A stretch of DNA of 63,608 bases, the filler included, from Octopus bimaculoides (lineage: Eukaryota): assembly GCF_001194135.2 (NCBI RefSeq). It is 4 parts of 4 records of this genome, joined end to end, with 100 filler letters (N's around TTAATTAATTAA, not from the genome) between each part and the next. Parts side by side here need not be neighbours in the genome. Positions count along the whole stretch, not along the records: positions 27,566 to 48,924 come from NC_068981.1; 3 more parts are not named here. One strand, given 5' to 3'. The translations under genes and the position numbers were made by a program. This document shows positions 27,522 through 41,767 of this stretch, piece after piece (the first letter of the stretch is position 1; every line of letters begins with the position of its first letter). Under the pieces are notes generated by a model, which searched no databases, was not told the DNA's origin, and was given only the letters and a program-made list of their open reading frames with translations.

Positions 27522-27654
27522 NNNNNNNNNNNNNNNNNNNNNNNNNNNNNNNNNNNNNNNNNNNNCTCATACCGGCGGATCCTCTGTGCTTTGGCAAGGA
27601 TGTCTTGCTTTAGTTTTTCTTTTGCCTCAGGTAAGTCTTTTTCTGTAATGCTGT

Positions 27655-27723
27655 ATTATTATTATTATTATTATTATTATTGTATTATTATTATTATGAT
27701 TATTATTATTATTATTATTATTA

Positions 27724-27755
<32 letters not shown>

Positions 27756-27920
27756 GTTCAGCAGTTTTATTTTTATAACGTGCTTTCACTTCACTACCGA
27801 GCGCAGCTCTGTGCGCCTTGGGTATGTGCTGTGGTTTGCTGTGGTGCTCTTATGTTTACTGTATTGAAAGTGTTTTGCGTAGAATGTGTGCAGTACCCAG
27901 TAGTGCAATTTTGGTAAACA
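27655..27920 (-). mobile_element. 3' terminus of an R4/Dong-type LINE (27756-27920) with (TAA)n tail (27655-27755)
   Basis: Minus strand encodes KIALLGTAHILRKTLSIQ*, the typical C-terminus of this clade's ORF, followed by a short 3' UTR and (AAT)n. Confidence 0.82.
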
Positions 27921-30149
27921 ACAGCAGAAACAAAGGAAACATTAACTTAGTGCGAGTGTGTATCGATTGCATATGAACAGTTGCAATAAGTGGGAAATAT
28001 TTTTCTATTATTCTGCTCGAGAATGAAACAAGTGCCAGATGAATGTTTGTCCTTTCCCTTCACGTCATATTCAGGTTGAAATAATTCATTTTTATGTATT
28101 TAGGAAAAATTTGGGTACAGTCATATTCAGAGTGCTACACAGCATGCAACAATTATTTGAGGTGTCTTCGGCGATACTCATTATATTGATATAGCAATTC
28201 TTGGAAACGTAAAAGAATTAGCATCTAAACAATGCTCTCAAGCCCCACTGAAACTTAGAAAACATATATGTGCCTCACGTGATTGAGTGTAGTTACCACA
28301 ATTCTACTAATCTAGAGATGCGTCTAAATTGTACAAGTTCTATGAGAGACGAATATAAATTATGGACCTTTATATAACGGCTCAACATTCTGCTGACAAA
28401 GTGCATACTATTGAATATTTCGACTTGATTTGGAAGTTTGTCAGTGTCATTGAACCAGTATGAGTATAAATAATACAGGCATGCGACATATACCAATATC
28501 CAAGTAGTTTATCAGAATTATAGTATTATTAGTAAGGAAAATTTTGCTCTAACTTAACGTTTAAGTATTGCGTGTGTGATGTTGTTTAGATTAATATTAC
28601 ATATCTCACTCTATTATATCGCTATTGTCGGATGTTGTATGTTCTTGCATGGCTATGAATGTTTGACGTTCGGAATTAACGAAGATGAAGTACATGTGTG
28701 TTTACTTGATTTGAGTATATCTATATCTCATGAAAATGCTACATATTTTCGAGGATTTTCAGTAAATGGAAGCAGTAAAAATCTTACGGTCAATATCAAG
28801 GCTGCAGGTTTCATACACATACTTCTGCCAGTCGTAGTATCTTACGCCTCAAAGTTCTCCCAACGCAAGACGTCCAATCTATGTTTTCTGACACTTGTTT
28901 CATTGGTGGTGGTGGTGGTGGTGGTGGCGGCTGCGGCGGCGGTGGTCGTGGTGGTNNNNNNNNNNNNNNNNNNNNNNNNNNNNNNNNNNNNNNNNNNNNN
29001 NNNNNNNNNNNNNNNNNNNNNNNNNNNNNNNNNNNNNNNNNNNNNNNNNNNNNNNNNNNNNNNNNNNNNNNNNNNNNNNNNNNNNNNNNNNNNNNNNNNN
29101 NNNNNNNNNNNNNNNNNNNNNNNNNNNNNNNNNNNNNNNNNNNNNNNNNNNNNNNNNNNNNNNNNNNNNNNNNNNNNNNNNNNNNNNNNNNNNNNNNNNN
29201 NNNNNNNNNNNNNNNNNNNNNNNNNNNNNNNNNNNNNNNNNNNNNNNNNNNNNNNNNNNNNNNNNNNNNNNNNNNNNNNNNNNNNNNNNNNNNNNNNNNN
29301 NNNNNNNNNNNNNNNNNNNNNNNNNNNNNNNNNNNNNNNNNNNNNNNNNNNNNNNNNNNNNNNNNNNNNNNNNNNNNNNNNNNNNNNNNNNNNNNNNNNN
29401 NNNNNNNNNNNNNNNNNNNNNNNNNNNNNNNNNNTATATATATATATATGTATACACACATATATATATACATATATATATATACATATATATACACATA
29501 TATACATATATATATATGCATATATATATGTATATATATACATATATATACATATATATGCACATATATACATACATATATATTAACACACATATATTTT
29601 GATATACATGTGTATGTATAAATATTGATGCATCTATGTATTTGGAAAGTTGTTTCTTATGGCTTGTCAGTGAGTGGTTATTGGTCTTACAACTACAAAA
29701 TGCTTAGCCGTATAGGAAACCTTTAAACTCCAGGAAAGAAATATTTAGACAATATCCTCATCTGAGATGTCAAAATCTTATTAATCCACACTCGCTGCAT
29801 GGAATCAACAGGTCGCGCCTGAAACACCACTTGCATGGCCATTCCGATGTATATATTTTTTGTTTACAATCTAATTGAGCATGATGTATACCTCTCTTCA
29901 GTTAAAGAGTAGTTTTGTGCCTTCGACCATTTGAGTCTGACAAGTCACGTGTAAGGCTAAGCGCTTTGTAGGTGCGTGCCCACTAGTCATTCTGTGACCG
30001 GCCATGACAATATACTTCATAAAAATATATTACTGCCTTAGCAATTTGGTGTGCTCATTTTTCGTATATATGATATGAACTGACGATATGTGGGTGGGTG
30101 TGCGTGTGCGTGTGCATGTGTTTGTGAGGGATATATATATATATATATG

Positions 30150-30202
<53 letters not shown>

Positions 30203-31492
30203 NNNNNNNNNNNNNNNNNNNNNNNNNNNNNNNNNNNNNNNNNNNNNNNNNNNNNNNNNNNNNNNNNNNNNNNNNNNNNNNNNNNNNNNNNNNNNNNNNN
30301 NNNNNNNNNNNNNNNNNNNNNNNNNNNNNNNNNNNNNNNNNNNNNNNNNNNNNNNNNNNNNNNNNNNNNNNNNNNNNNNNNNNNNNNNNNNNNNNNNNNN
30401 NNNNNNNNNNNNNNNNNNNNNNNNNNNNNNNNNNNNNNNNNNNNNNNNNNNNNNNNNNNNNNNNNNNNNNNNNNNNNNNNNNNNNNNNNNNNNNNNNNNN
30501 NNNNNNNNNNNNNNNNNNNNNNNNNNNNNNNNNNNNNNNNNNNNNNNNNNNNNNNNNAATCCCATTTCCTTTTCTTCCTATGGTCCTACCATCTACCTAC
30601 GTGACGTCTATCCTAACTCAGCTCCCTCTGAATGATTTTACCAATATTTAGTCTGTGTGGAATTTATCATTTCTTCCCAATCCTTCATCTCTCAGGATTT
30701 TCAGTGAGTTACATTATTAAAAACATAACTTCATTCTTCCGTTACAAACACTTTACACTTCATTAAGTGCAAATACATCTATACACATTATTCTAACCTT
30801 TCAATGTACCTTACCTAATTTTCTTTCATCATTTTCTTACCATAATCTTTCAAAACACTCTGGACTTTTCACCACTGTTGTGCAGTTGTGCAGTTTTAAA
30901 ATCTTTTTCTCTTTCGTTTATCTAGTAATTTCACTTGTTCTATTCTTCCTTTATACCAGAGTTTTTTATTGTAATAAAAATTTCTTTTATAAAATTTTTC
31001 TTGTTGCATTTCTTTTTCTGCTCATATTTTTCTGCTCCCTGACCTCATAATTTTGCATCTTTTCTTCATACATTCCTGTCCTGTAACTGCAACGCACTCC
31101 TATACCTCTGCTCACACTTCTATCACACCCTCTATATCCTTCCCCCCAATTTTCCTCCTTTCTTACTCACTCCACCACCACCATTACTTTCCCACTCTTT
31201 CCGTTTACACACAATCCGCTTAAACACTCACGCTCTCACAGTCGCCAACACTTCCCATCCCACTACACTTCTGCAATAATTCCTGTACACATATCCACAA
31301 AAATAAAACCCACCTATACCACCCTCCTTCATACCAAACTGCATGATATAGTTGTATACACGCACACATACCAATCCTTTCCTCCTTTCTTAACACCCTC
31401 CCCTGCGCATATAGAGCCGCTTTCCCACCTGGTTCCTAACCAGGTGAATGTCATCTGAAATACCATAAAAGTTTAAATCGAAGTTTTGAAGT

Positions 31493-31546
<54 letters not shown>

Positions 31547-32327
31547 TAAGCTGTAAACAATAGATTTAATACTAGCTTCTCATGTTGCTGCTGAATTCGA
31601 AAGCTTGATACATGCATGCACGCACATATATTAATATACGCACACACACACAGAACACGCGCACAAGCATATTAGATGCATATATTTTATACAGACCCAG
31701 AGAGAAGGGTGAGAGAGAAGAGACGTAGTAGATAGAAATATGTAGATAGAAGTATGCAAATATGTAGCTATTATTACTTAATGTCACCATATATAAGTTT
31801 ACAGGTACATACAAGTCATGAGATAATGCTCACGTGTTTGTGAATGTGTATACATATACGTGTGCGTTTTCGCACTTGCATGCTTGTGTCAAAAGGTCTT
31901 ATCTGAAAAAAGGAAATCCGAATGTGATATGCAAAATTAATCCTATTACAACGAAAAAGAAGAGAGTCCACATTATAGAAATAACGCATATACAAAGTAT
32001 AGTCTAAAGTTTCTTTTTCAAATTCTGTTAATCTCATTAAAATACCACGATTATGTTATATGACCAAAAGTCTAATATTTATAACTGTATAATGTATATA
32101 AAATTTAATACAATATATAATTTCCCACTAATATTTTTTCGTCTACTGACATGATGCTAAGATGTAGTTGGTTGTAACTACAATATGTATTACGTTTGAT
32201 ATTTAACTATTTAAAATAACTAACGCTGGAAATATGCCTATTATATATGTGAGTATATATATTATATATGTAGATACACACACATACATGTGCATATATA
32301 TGTGTGTGTGTGTCTCTGTGTGTGTCT

Positions 32328-32362
<35 letters not shown>

Positions 32363-35040
32363 TGTGTGTGTGTCTGTGTGTGTGTGTCTGTGTGTGTGTG
32401 TCTGTGTGTGTGTGTGTTTGTGTGTACATAGTGGTCAAAGAAATAAAGGATATTCCATAGGAATTAGAGCTGTTTCGATAGCAGATGTAATGAAGGCTAT
32501 TAGGTATTAGTCTTACTAAAGAAAGAGAAAGCAGAGATATAAGCTTATATTTTCCAACTGCTATTTCTACGTTAATTCTGGTTAACTTTAAATAAAAGAA
32601 ATTGAACGAAAGAGTATGCAAGATATTTTCTATCATTCTTGTATATATACTTACAAATACACACGCACACACATACCTGTACAAACATAAACACACACTT
32701 AGGTGTGTCTGTGTGTGTGTATGTACGTGTGTATGTGTGTGTGTGTACGTGTATGTATACGTGTATTTATGTGTGCACGTACCTATGCGTGTATGAATGT
32801 ATGTTTTCATATGACACCGAAAAGTTCGCTATACCTTACTCCAAATTTTCCGAATCCCGCAATTTCTACTATAATAGAGCAAGAACGTCTGATATACATA
32901 GCTTACATATAAAGGAATGCTAAAATCTGAACCCAAGATCCTTGATATTTCAGCATCGGCGTCGTTCATTTTCGATTTAAACAAGAAGCAGTGCTAACAT
33001 CGATCTGACACAGCTTCTTCTATGCAAGTTGTTATATTTATCGTCATCTAAAAGGTGTTTTAAATTAATTGAATATTATATCAGTTTCCAACACATTACA
33101 ATTGCTCCTGAACTCTTCAGATATATTATTTCTGAATTATTTCTGTATTATTGTTACAGAAAGGGTCTCTCATCTTTTCAAATCTCAAGTTATGTGGTTT
33201 TTCGTTCTTTTTTTTTCTTTTGTTTTGTTTTTTCTCGTACCCAACTAATGTAGTAGTTTCTGTACACTCGGAACCTCTTGTATTTCTTTCCGCAACTCAC
33301 AGAAAGGGAAAACACTCACCTAAAAGCGTAAAAATGTTCACTTTTCATTGTTTTGAATGTTTCGAATTCTCTTACTGATCTTTCCCACCCGTCACTTTTG
33401 TTTCGCTTCCCGTTTTGTGATTTTGCACGTACTGATCTCGCATATCTATCAAGGTTCAGTAAATATGTTGCCGATTCGCCTCCCTTTCGCTTATATGTTG
33501 ATTAAAACAAGATTTCTTGGTATTTTTCATGTTTATTGTCAAATCGCATATGAATGCAGTTAGAAAGGGAGTAATATTGGTATCGATTCAGATGAACATA
33601 TCCTCATAAGAGAAATGTTCTAAGCGAACTTCAAAAAACATGAAAATGTATTATTAAGAACAGTTTACAAATAGCGATAAAATATATTGCTATAAAAGCA
33701 TCTATGAAGAAGTATTTTGATTTTCCGTGTTGTTTAGGAAATGCGATTATTAATTTTCATTTTATATATTATATAAGAAATGCTTCTATCAAGAGAAATC
33801 TGCATAACGAACAACATGCTGGGCCCTCTCATGGCAACATAGAAACAAGTTATATAAATAATATCATATCTGGCAAATAGTCAGATATATTTTATTAAAT
33901 GCTGATGTAGCGATACTAAAGACTGAAAACAAATACGATCCTAAACTGAAGTAGATATATTTAAAATTGAACCCTAACAGAAATGTATATTTGGAGATAT
34001 GCGTGTGTGTGCGCGTGTATATGTGTGCATGTGTATATGTGTATGAGTGTACTAATGTATAATTATTGTTCTCGTAAGATATACAGAAAGGGTCACATGT
34101 GATTGGATGAATATAAACATTACTTCTGTTTCATGAGTCAGTAAATACCACATCTGAAAAGGATTTGGGCTTATAGTACTGAGAAACACAGCAGCGCAGA
34201 AAAAGGTGCTGTTTCCATGTATAATATAAAAGAAAGGAGAAAACTACCTAGGGATAAATGTATTGAATGAAGTTAGCACTTATTCATATATGTCTATGCT
34301 TTTGTTTCATCTAGCATGTAGGAAAAGCTAGGTGTGTGTTAAAGTGTATATATACTTGTTTGTAAATAGGTGTATATTTTTAGCACGTACAATGGAAGAA
34401 TTGCGGAATTAAAACATTTTTAAGACACAATACCTGCAGAATAATAGATAGTGCTTCTATGTGTGTCTGTGAGTGTGCGTGCGTGCATGTGTGTGTCTGT
34501 GTGTGTGTCCCTGTCTGTCTGTCAGTGCGTGTATGTGCATATAGTGTTGAGATGTGTTACTTGTTTATGGGATGGTATGGATCGAATTGGAATTTGATGA
34601 AGTTAAGTTTTTTATTAATCCTCACTAAAATGAATTTGATTCCTATTCAACTTCAATTTTTTGCCCACGCACATAAAACAAATATTTGCACACACACACC
34701 AAAGTTGTTTGTTTAATATCCCAATGTCGTGACGGATTAGATGTGGTCTGTACATTTTAACTGTATTCTTGTCACTAAGTAATGATTACCATTTATATAT
34801 TAGAGTGAATTTCTATATCTGCAGTATCGATGTGTGACGCGGATGTATCGGAAAGACTTTAAGCCGTAATTTGCTCTGTGTGTAATCATACTTATCTTTG
34901 GCATGTCTTTAGAGCAACCATATATATTTCTTAACACAGTACTCATTTCAATGAACCCCCATTCGTTCTGTCTAACTTCAGACGGTTTCACCATGTTGCT
35001 GTAGTCAAGGTCTTACGCTCTCCATCCGTTTAATTTAAAT

Positions 35041-35545
35041 CAGTGTTTCCAAAGCTCTATACCCCAGGCGCCAATATAACTTTCCAGAAATGTGTGCTCC
35101 ACCGGTGGTTGGGAAAAAAAGACCACTTTACTTTTGATATTTTATCACAATTATTTAATACAAAAGAGTTTACCGGCAACTATTTCATTAAGTACTGACT
35201 ACAACAGCAATAGTACTATTGAAGAAATGAGAACCTTGTGCCTGGTGGCTACGCCAGACCGCCAAGCTTCCAGGAGACAGCTTTGTTAGCTTCAGCCGTA
35301 AATCACTACATTTTTTAATTTCAAATCTGCTTCTCCTAGCTCCAAGCAAATCGTCGACGGCATTAAACCCACATTCAACCAAATAAGACATGGGAAAATT
35401 AATCAAAAGTTTCTTTGCTAAAATGGTAGTTTTAGAGTATTTCTTTTCAGTTTCATCACAGAGCCACAGCTTTGCACCTTTCATTTTGAGAAAAGTATTC
35501 ACCGATTTTTGTACTAAATGATAAAGCCCAAGTCCTACCACAATT
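35041..35545 (-). mobile_element. hAT (Charlie/Buster-like) transposase C-terminal remnant with terminal inverted repeat
   Basis: ORF 35541-35188 contains LAKKLLINFPMSYLVECGFNAV..DLRLKLTKLSP..SHQAQGSH (hAT dimerization region). The end CAGTGTTTCCAAAG at 35041 is flanked by the 8-mer ATTTAAAT with a central TA. Confidence 0.82.
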
Positions 35546-36081
35546 TACCCAGGTTCTACTAGCGAGGCGTATGACCTACGCTTGGAATCACTACTTTCAA
35601 TGGTAAACAGAACTTCTCGTTTTACAGTTAATCCCAGGGTTAGTTATACGCACAAAACTTTCTTTATTTGTACATATGACCTAATTTATTTCACCTCGTT
35701 TCTTTACAAACTTAATTCCAATTTTAACAGCTTTCATAGATCTACAGACTAATTCTTCATTCCGTGTAACATCTACAATATTAACCCTTAAGAATGAAAT
35801 ATATCAATGTGTTATTAAAATAACACAGAAAATAATCTTTGCATGATAAATTTCAAACGTTATATATTTGAAGAGCTTCTCTATTATCAGAATCTATATT
35901 AGTGAAAATTTATAGAACATCACAATATTATTCTGTGCTAATACTGCCTTCGTGTTTAATATAATTCGAAGTCATGAAATTATTTGTAATATTGTAAAGA
36001 GCAAATTTTATTATTTTCTAACATGACACGAAAAGTATATATATACATACATATGTGCATATACACACACACACACACACG

Positions 36082-36125
<44 letters not shown>

Positions 36126-36825
36126 CATATGTGCATATATATACATATACNNNNNNNNNNNNNNNNNNNNNNNNNNNNNNNNNNNNNNNNNNNNNNNNNN
36201 NNNNNNNNNNNNNNNNNNNNNNNNNNNNNNNNNNNNNNNNNNNNNNNNNNNNNNNNNNNNNNNNNNNNNNNNNNNNNNNNNNNNNNNNNNNNNNNNNNNN
36301 NNNNNNNNNNNNNNNNNNNNNNNNNNNNNNNNNNNNNNGTTCATCAATCGCCAGAATAAGTTTTCATGTACCTTCAGCATAGATTAAATTTACCCTTTAA
36401 CATTATCTTGTGAATTAACATTTTAGTATATTAGTATTTCCGAATTTAGATTTGATAATATATGATACTATATTATTATCATATTGCTGTGTTACTGTAA
36501 ATGCCATCTTATTATAGGTAGTTTGAAAAATGGGCTTCATATGCAAGAACAATGAAATCATGCAATAATTTAATACTAAGTAACTTATGTGTTATTTGTG
36601 TAGTCTTTATATCGTAGCGTGTTTTATTTATTCATTAACAGTCCTCTTTCCAAACTCGTTATGTTATTATTACGTTTGCCTGTACGTCTTCTGTTACCTT
36701 GGCACAGAAATGGGTGTGTTGTTAAGAAGCTCGCCTTTCAACGATGTGGTTTCAGCCTGATGTATACATATATATCTGCATATACATATTATCTATCTAG
36801 AGACATATGCACACACACACACACA

Positions 36826-36866
<41 letters not shown>

Positions 36867-37544
36867 ACACACATATATATATAAACAAAAATAGTAGTTC
36901 TTAAATCTCTCTAAGAGATCAACGCAGTAGTTGTGCTGACTACTAATATTTGTAGCCACTTTAACATGGCTCTACATGCTATGTAAGTTCCTATAGTAGT
37001 TCATACTTAGTCATTTCAATGTATAAAGCCGGAGATTTTGTGTTGCTCATTCGAAAGTTTCTTTTGGTGTGAATTAAAATTTGCGACTGTATTGGGAGTA
37101 TTTGTGGAGGGATGGGGAATGGAAAGATTTGTATGTTTAGAATGATGATCCAGGTCCAAATGAAATCAGGAATAGAAAATGAGAGGAATAAAGAGTTAGA
37201 AAAGGAGAGTGAAACGAGTGAAAAGAGTGAAGAAAGAGTGAAAGAATTGAGAAAAGGAGAGATAGTTGGTTGTCAAGATAATATGAGGGGAGGACGAGAG
37301 AAGAGTGGTGGAAGGATAGGAAGAGATGAGAATGGAAGGAGTGAATAAGTATGAGATGTGAGAGTAGGGGTGATACGAAAGAGCTGCATTAAAGGATCGG
37401 TAGAGAAAAGGTATGGGTGGGATGTTACCAAAGTGAGTAGTAATTTTAGTAGTAAACTTTGAAGTGGAGGGAAGAATACAAGGATGTCACATTTTTACGT
37501 ATAGATGTATGTGATTGTATAGGTTAGTGTGAACATTTACCTCT

Positions 37545-37681
37545 ATTTAACAATCTCACATTGTCTGTGCTGAATATCCTTGAAACAGCTGTAATACTAT
37601 ATCTATATCTTTTTTCTTTATAAATATCCTGAAAGCTTCTCACAGCCTTAGCTTTGTTATCTCATTTTGTGTAATACATAC

Positions 37682-37683
<2 letters not shown>
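37545..37683 (+). mobile_element. Third, partly deleted copy of the 41.4-41.8 kb foldback arm (Penelope-like derived)
   Basis: ttaacaatctcacattgtct..aatatccttGAAACAGCTGTAatac..tttataaat..cagcctt..ttatctcatt aligns with the right arm 41700-41820; it ends at a (TA)n tract. Confidence 0.6.
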
Positions 37684-37748
<65 letters not shown>

Positions 37749-37929
37749 TGCTAATACAAGACCCATATTAGACTCCTCACTTGTATCGCTATCGAGCCAA
37801 GAGTTAACTACGTTCTTTCCATAGCACTTACTTAGCGTTACCTGCCACTCTTAGTCTTCTAGATACCAATACCTCTTATATATATATATATATATATATA
37901 TATGTAATATACATCGATATGCTTGTTTC

Positions 37930-38095
37930 TTTCGCCACAGCTTGAGTGCCGGTGTTGGTTTGTTTGTTTTCATTTCTTCGTTTGGCCAAAGTGTCCGATG
38001 GAATAAGTATCAAACTGAAAAATAATTACTGAAGTGGATTTTTGTTCGACTACACCTTTAAAGGCAGTGGTACTCCAGCTTGGCAGGCATTCCAA
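37930..38095 (+). mobile_element. SINE family A, 3' half, diverged
   Basis: ccggtgttggtttgttt..ccgatggaataagtatc..gttcgactacacctttaaaggcagtggtactccagcttggc resembles the family A tail. Confidence 0.55.
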
Positions 38096-39218
38096 AGAAG
38101 GTAACAAGAAACGAAACGTAATAGAAACACGTTATGCTTAAGTATTACAAAGAAATAACACCTGTTTTGCAGAAAATATGTATATTTTCTAAATGGCTTT
38201 TGGGCCCTAAAGGGCTACATTCTGATTTTGGAAGCGATTTGGTATGTTATCACTAATAACTCAAAGGCGTAATATGTATTTCTAGCGAATACAGCGTCGG
38301 TTTTGTTTATAAATAGTCATATGTATTAAATATTGCTGTAAATTTATTCAAACTAGGATATTATAGAGTGTTAAATATTTAATTTTCCCATATGAAAAAT
38401 GGTTTGAAAAGAAATAAATTCTATAAAATGTCATTTGACATCCGTCAATATTAATGGAAGTGAAATGACAGAAAAATAACTTCTAGCAAGCGGCTAATTT
38501 TACCTGAGGGAATATGACATCTCACTAGTTGCTTCTCATCACTTTATTGAAATGTGTTCACTTTCCTTTCAATGTCTTGTAGAACATCTCATTTTCATTA
38601 TATTTGTCTGGATCGTCGTCAATAAATCATTTACTTGAATTTTAAAATTGAAGTCCTTGTATGAGTAATATATTAATATATGCATTGCTTCTGTGATGAA
38701 CAGCAGTCAATCTTCGAAATATTGTTGCCGACAAAGACACTTAGCTATTTCGTATTCTGGATTCTCATTCATCTAGCATGTACTACGCTAGTAATGCAAT
38801 GTTAAGTTGAACAGTTACACAGCTATGTTAAAGATTATTGTGGTTGCTAGTCATGTGATGATTGACGCCCACGAACTATATAAATGTGAGGAAATCTGAA
38901 ATTTTGTTGAAGTGAAGAAAACAAAATTCTAGTAACAACTATTAAAAAGCAAATATAAATAGCATTTGAATTACAATATAGAGAGCATTAGCAATATTTT
39001 TCAGTATATGCCTGCATTATATCTCTTTCTCTTAAGAAAATAAGGCACACACAGTAAAAAGTAATGTATTTTATTTGTTGTCGAGTTACGCTAAATGGTC
39101 TGCTTCAGTTCATACGGACGTTATTTAAACATTTGCGAATAACAGGCACATAATAAAAGCAAAATTTGAAAATATACTCAAATGGAAACCTTAATATACC
39201 TTTTATGAGGAGCAATAT

Positions 39219-39268
<50 letters not shown>

Positions 39269-39334
39269 NNNNNNNNNNNNNNNNNNNNNNNNNNNNNNNN
39301 NNNNNNNNNNNNNNNNNNNNNNNNNNNNNNNNNN

Positions 39335-39373
<39 letters not shown>

Positions 39374-40469
39374 ATATATATATAATGTGTGTGTATGTGT
39401 GAGGAAGTGTGCGTGTATTTAAAACGTATATATGTGTTCGCATCTATCGTCTGCTTTTTCTTCAACAACTCTAAATGCTATAAATATTTTATGACATAAA
39501 TTACAAAAGTAAACCAGACAACAAAGCAGGCCAGAGTTTTCAAATATTCGATGTCTGTATGTATCGTAATGGATTCCAAAATAATTTAACTCCAATACGT
39601 CATGAAAATAAAATACTATTTGCATTAAAGAAAACCTCCCACTTCTGATTTTATTATCATAATTCTCATTACCATCACCATGCTATCACACAGTTTAATT
39701 TTCACCCAAACTATTCCTTCCGTTTATGTAAACTGTTTTCTATTCTTTTGTTTTGATGTTGTTTGATGTATTTGATTTTCGTTTCTTTTCTTTCTATAGT
39801 CTCATTATTTCTTTATTTTCGCTTTATTTATTTATTTATTTATTCTAGTTTCCTTTTCTTTCTTTCTTACTTTTTTTTTTGTTTTTGTTGTTTTTAGGTG
39901 GCCTTTTAATTCTGAATGTTTGCAACGTTTGAAATGTTCACTTTTTATCGAAATGAATAGCAGTAAATCAGATGACGTAAAATGTATCGAAAACTGAAGA
40001 CTCATTCAAATATCTGTTGAAAATTACAAAGAAAAGCTACAATTATATATTTATGCTAGAGGGTACGTTTAAAACGTCCATAAGCAAAGCGAAACAGCTT
40101 TTGTTATTTGATAATTACTTTAGTCGAGTCTTTGAATTTTTTGTCAATATTCTGGTATTCGTTTGTTTCTTTGAGACATTATTTTGCATGAGAGAATATA
40201 AACGGAACAAATAAACAAAGAGTTTATACCTTGTAACTGGTAGTAAACTTTTGTTCTTAATGTCTTTGTTATAATAAGATAATCTTTAATGACCTGTCTA
40301 CATTTTTGATTCAATAAAATAATAGTACAGACTACGAAGCTTCTAAAGGATATTATTAAATATTTGGGAGAAAAAGAATAGAATCTTGCAAGTATATAAT
40401 TATGAAAAGTAGATTGTGTATATATATTGTGTGAGTTAGTCAGAGGGTTGAAAAGCAGTGGCCATATAC

Positions 40470-40790
40470 TTTTCAGGCACCGGAGACTTGTGGGCGAAAA
40501 GAAGTAATCCTAACACAATAATCCCAGCATGAATGACTGTAAAAGCCTCACTCCACTACGTACAGACAAAGGATATATGACGATGAGAAAGCAATCATCG
40601 AATTAAGTTTGTCTCTCAAGGGCAGGAACATATGAACAGAAAGATGGAAGATCAATCATTGATCATTATGGCCTATATTTTCTGGAATGCATAATATATG
40701 ATTACTTCGTGCGATACTATCCTCGGAGAGTGAGCATATGTATAGCTAACGCAAGTACGGTATAATTCCGTTGGAGATGAAGAAGTTCTT
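40470..40790 (+). mobile_element. Possible very old R4/Dong-type RT fragment
   Basis: Frameshifted peptides PA*MT.., NHR..CL and ILGE*AYV*L loosely follow the PxWMT..NYRPITCL..ILxExIYxHL order. Weak similarity only. Confidence 0.22.
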
Positions 40791-40903
40791 TTCATAGTAA
40801 AGTGGATTCAGTGATGCTAGTGGGGAATGATATATTCATGTGTGTGAGCGCGCGCAGGTGTGTACGCGTGGGTCTGGAGATAGATAGACTGGTATACATA
40901 CAT

Positions 40904-40968
<65 letters not shown>

Positions 40969-40987
40969 CATACATAAGTATGCGTTA

Positions 40988-41031
<44 letters not shown>

Positions 41032-41345
41032 ACAAATACTTATGTGCTTATATATGTACATATATTTATACGTGTATATATACATATATATACGTATTTA
41101 TATATGTATGCATGTTTGTAGACATGTAATAAGATATAGATATACATACAATGATTATGTATATGTGTGATTTTGTGTAATTGTGTATGCATATATATGT
41201 AATATGGCTTCAGTCAGAGGATGCATGAGGCGACGTCAGAGCGGGGAATAAGCTTTCAATGGTTTAGTAGATGAAAGCATATTGAGACTCATTCTGAGAT
41301 ACTTTGGCGTGTGCACACGAATTCATATATACGTATGTATGTATA

Positions 41346-41382
<37 letters not shown>

Positions 41383-41449
41383 ATTTACTTTTCGTAAGGA
41401 GATAAAAAACCCAGGGCTCTGTACATAATAGAACATTTATAAATAGAAG

Positions 41450-41497
41450 GACTTACAGCTGTTTCCCGGATATTTATTATATCCCTTCATCGGAGAC
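41450..41497 (-). ncRNA. Minimal type I hammerhead-ribozyme-like motif (left arm), probably degenerate
   Basis: GTCT CCGATGA AGGGATAT-AATAA-ATATCCGG GAAAC AGCT GTA AGTC: core with U4C, stem II hairpin, palindromic CAGCTG stem/loop III, GUA triplet. Confidence 0.55.
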
Positions 41498-41719
41498 GAT
41501 GTGAGAGGATGGTTAAGCAATAGTTAGTTTAGTTAAGCTAGGAAATAGTGAGTGAATGTAAGGATATTGTATTTGTAAATCCATTGTTTAGGCAGAATGG
41601 TAGACCTCTTATTCGCAAACCATTCTCCCTAAACAATGGATTTACAAATAAAATATCCCTACATTCACTTTGTTTCCTATCTTATTTAACAAGAAATTGC
41701 TTAACCATCCTCTCACACC

Positions 41720-41767
41720 GTCTCCGATGACGGAATATAATAAATATCCTGGAAACACCTATAAGAC
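41720..41767 (+). ncRNA. Minimal type I hammerhead-ribozyme-like motif (right arm), probably degenerate
   Basis: GTCT CCGATGA CGGAATAT-AATAA-ATATCCTG GAAAC ACCT ATA AGAC: perfect 4-bp stem I (GTCT/AGAC); stem III mutated. Confidence 0.5.

Noticed and set aside
27466-27565. TTAATTAATTAA islands inside gaps (also 48925-49024 and 55134-55233)
   Set aside because: Identical 44N+12+44N = 100-nt constructs with stops in all frames; a scaffolding spacer, not biology. True distances across these joins are unknown.
31411-31462. Perfect 9-bp hairpin CACCTGGTT-cct-AACCAGGTG framed on the minus strand by CAGATGA and GAAA
   Set aside because: Lacks U4 and the U16.1 needed at the cleavage triplet, and has no stem I; resemblance only.
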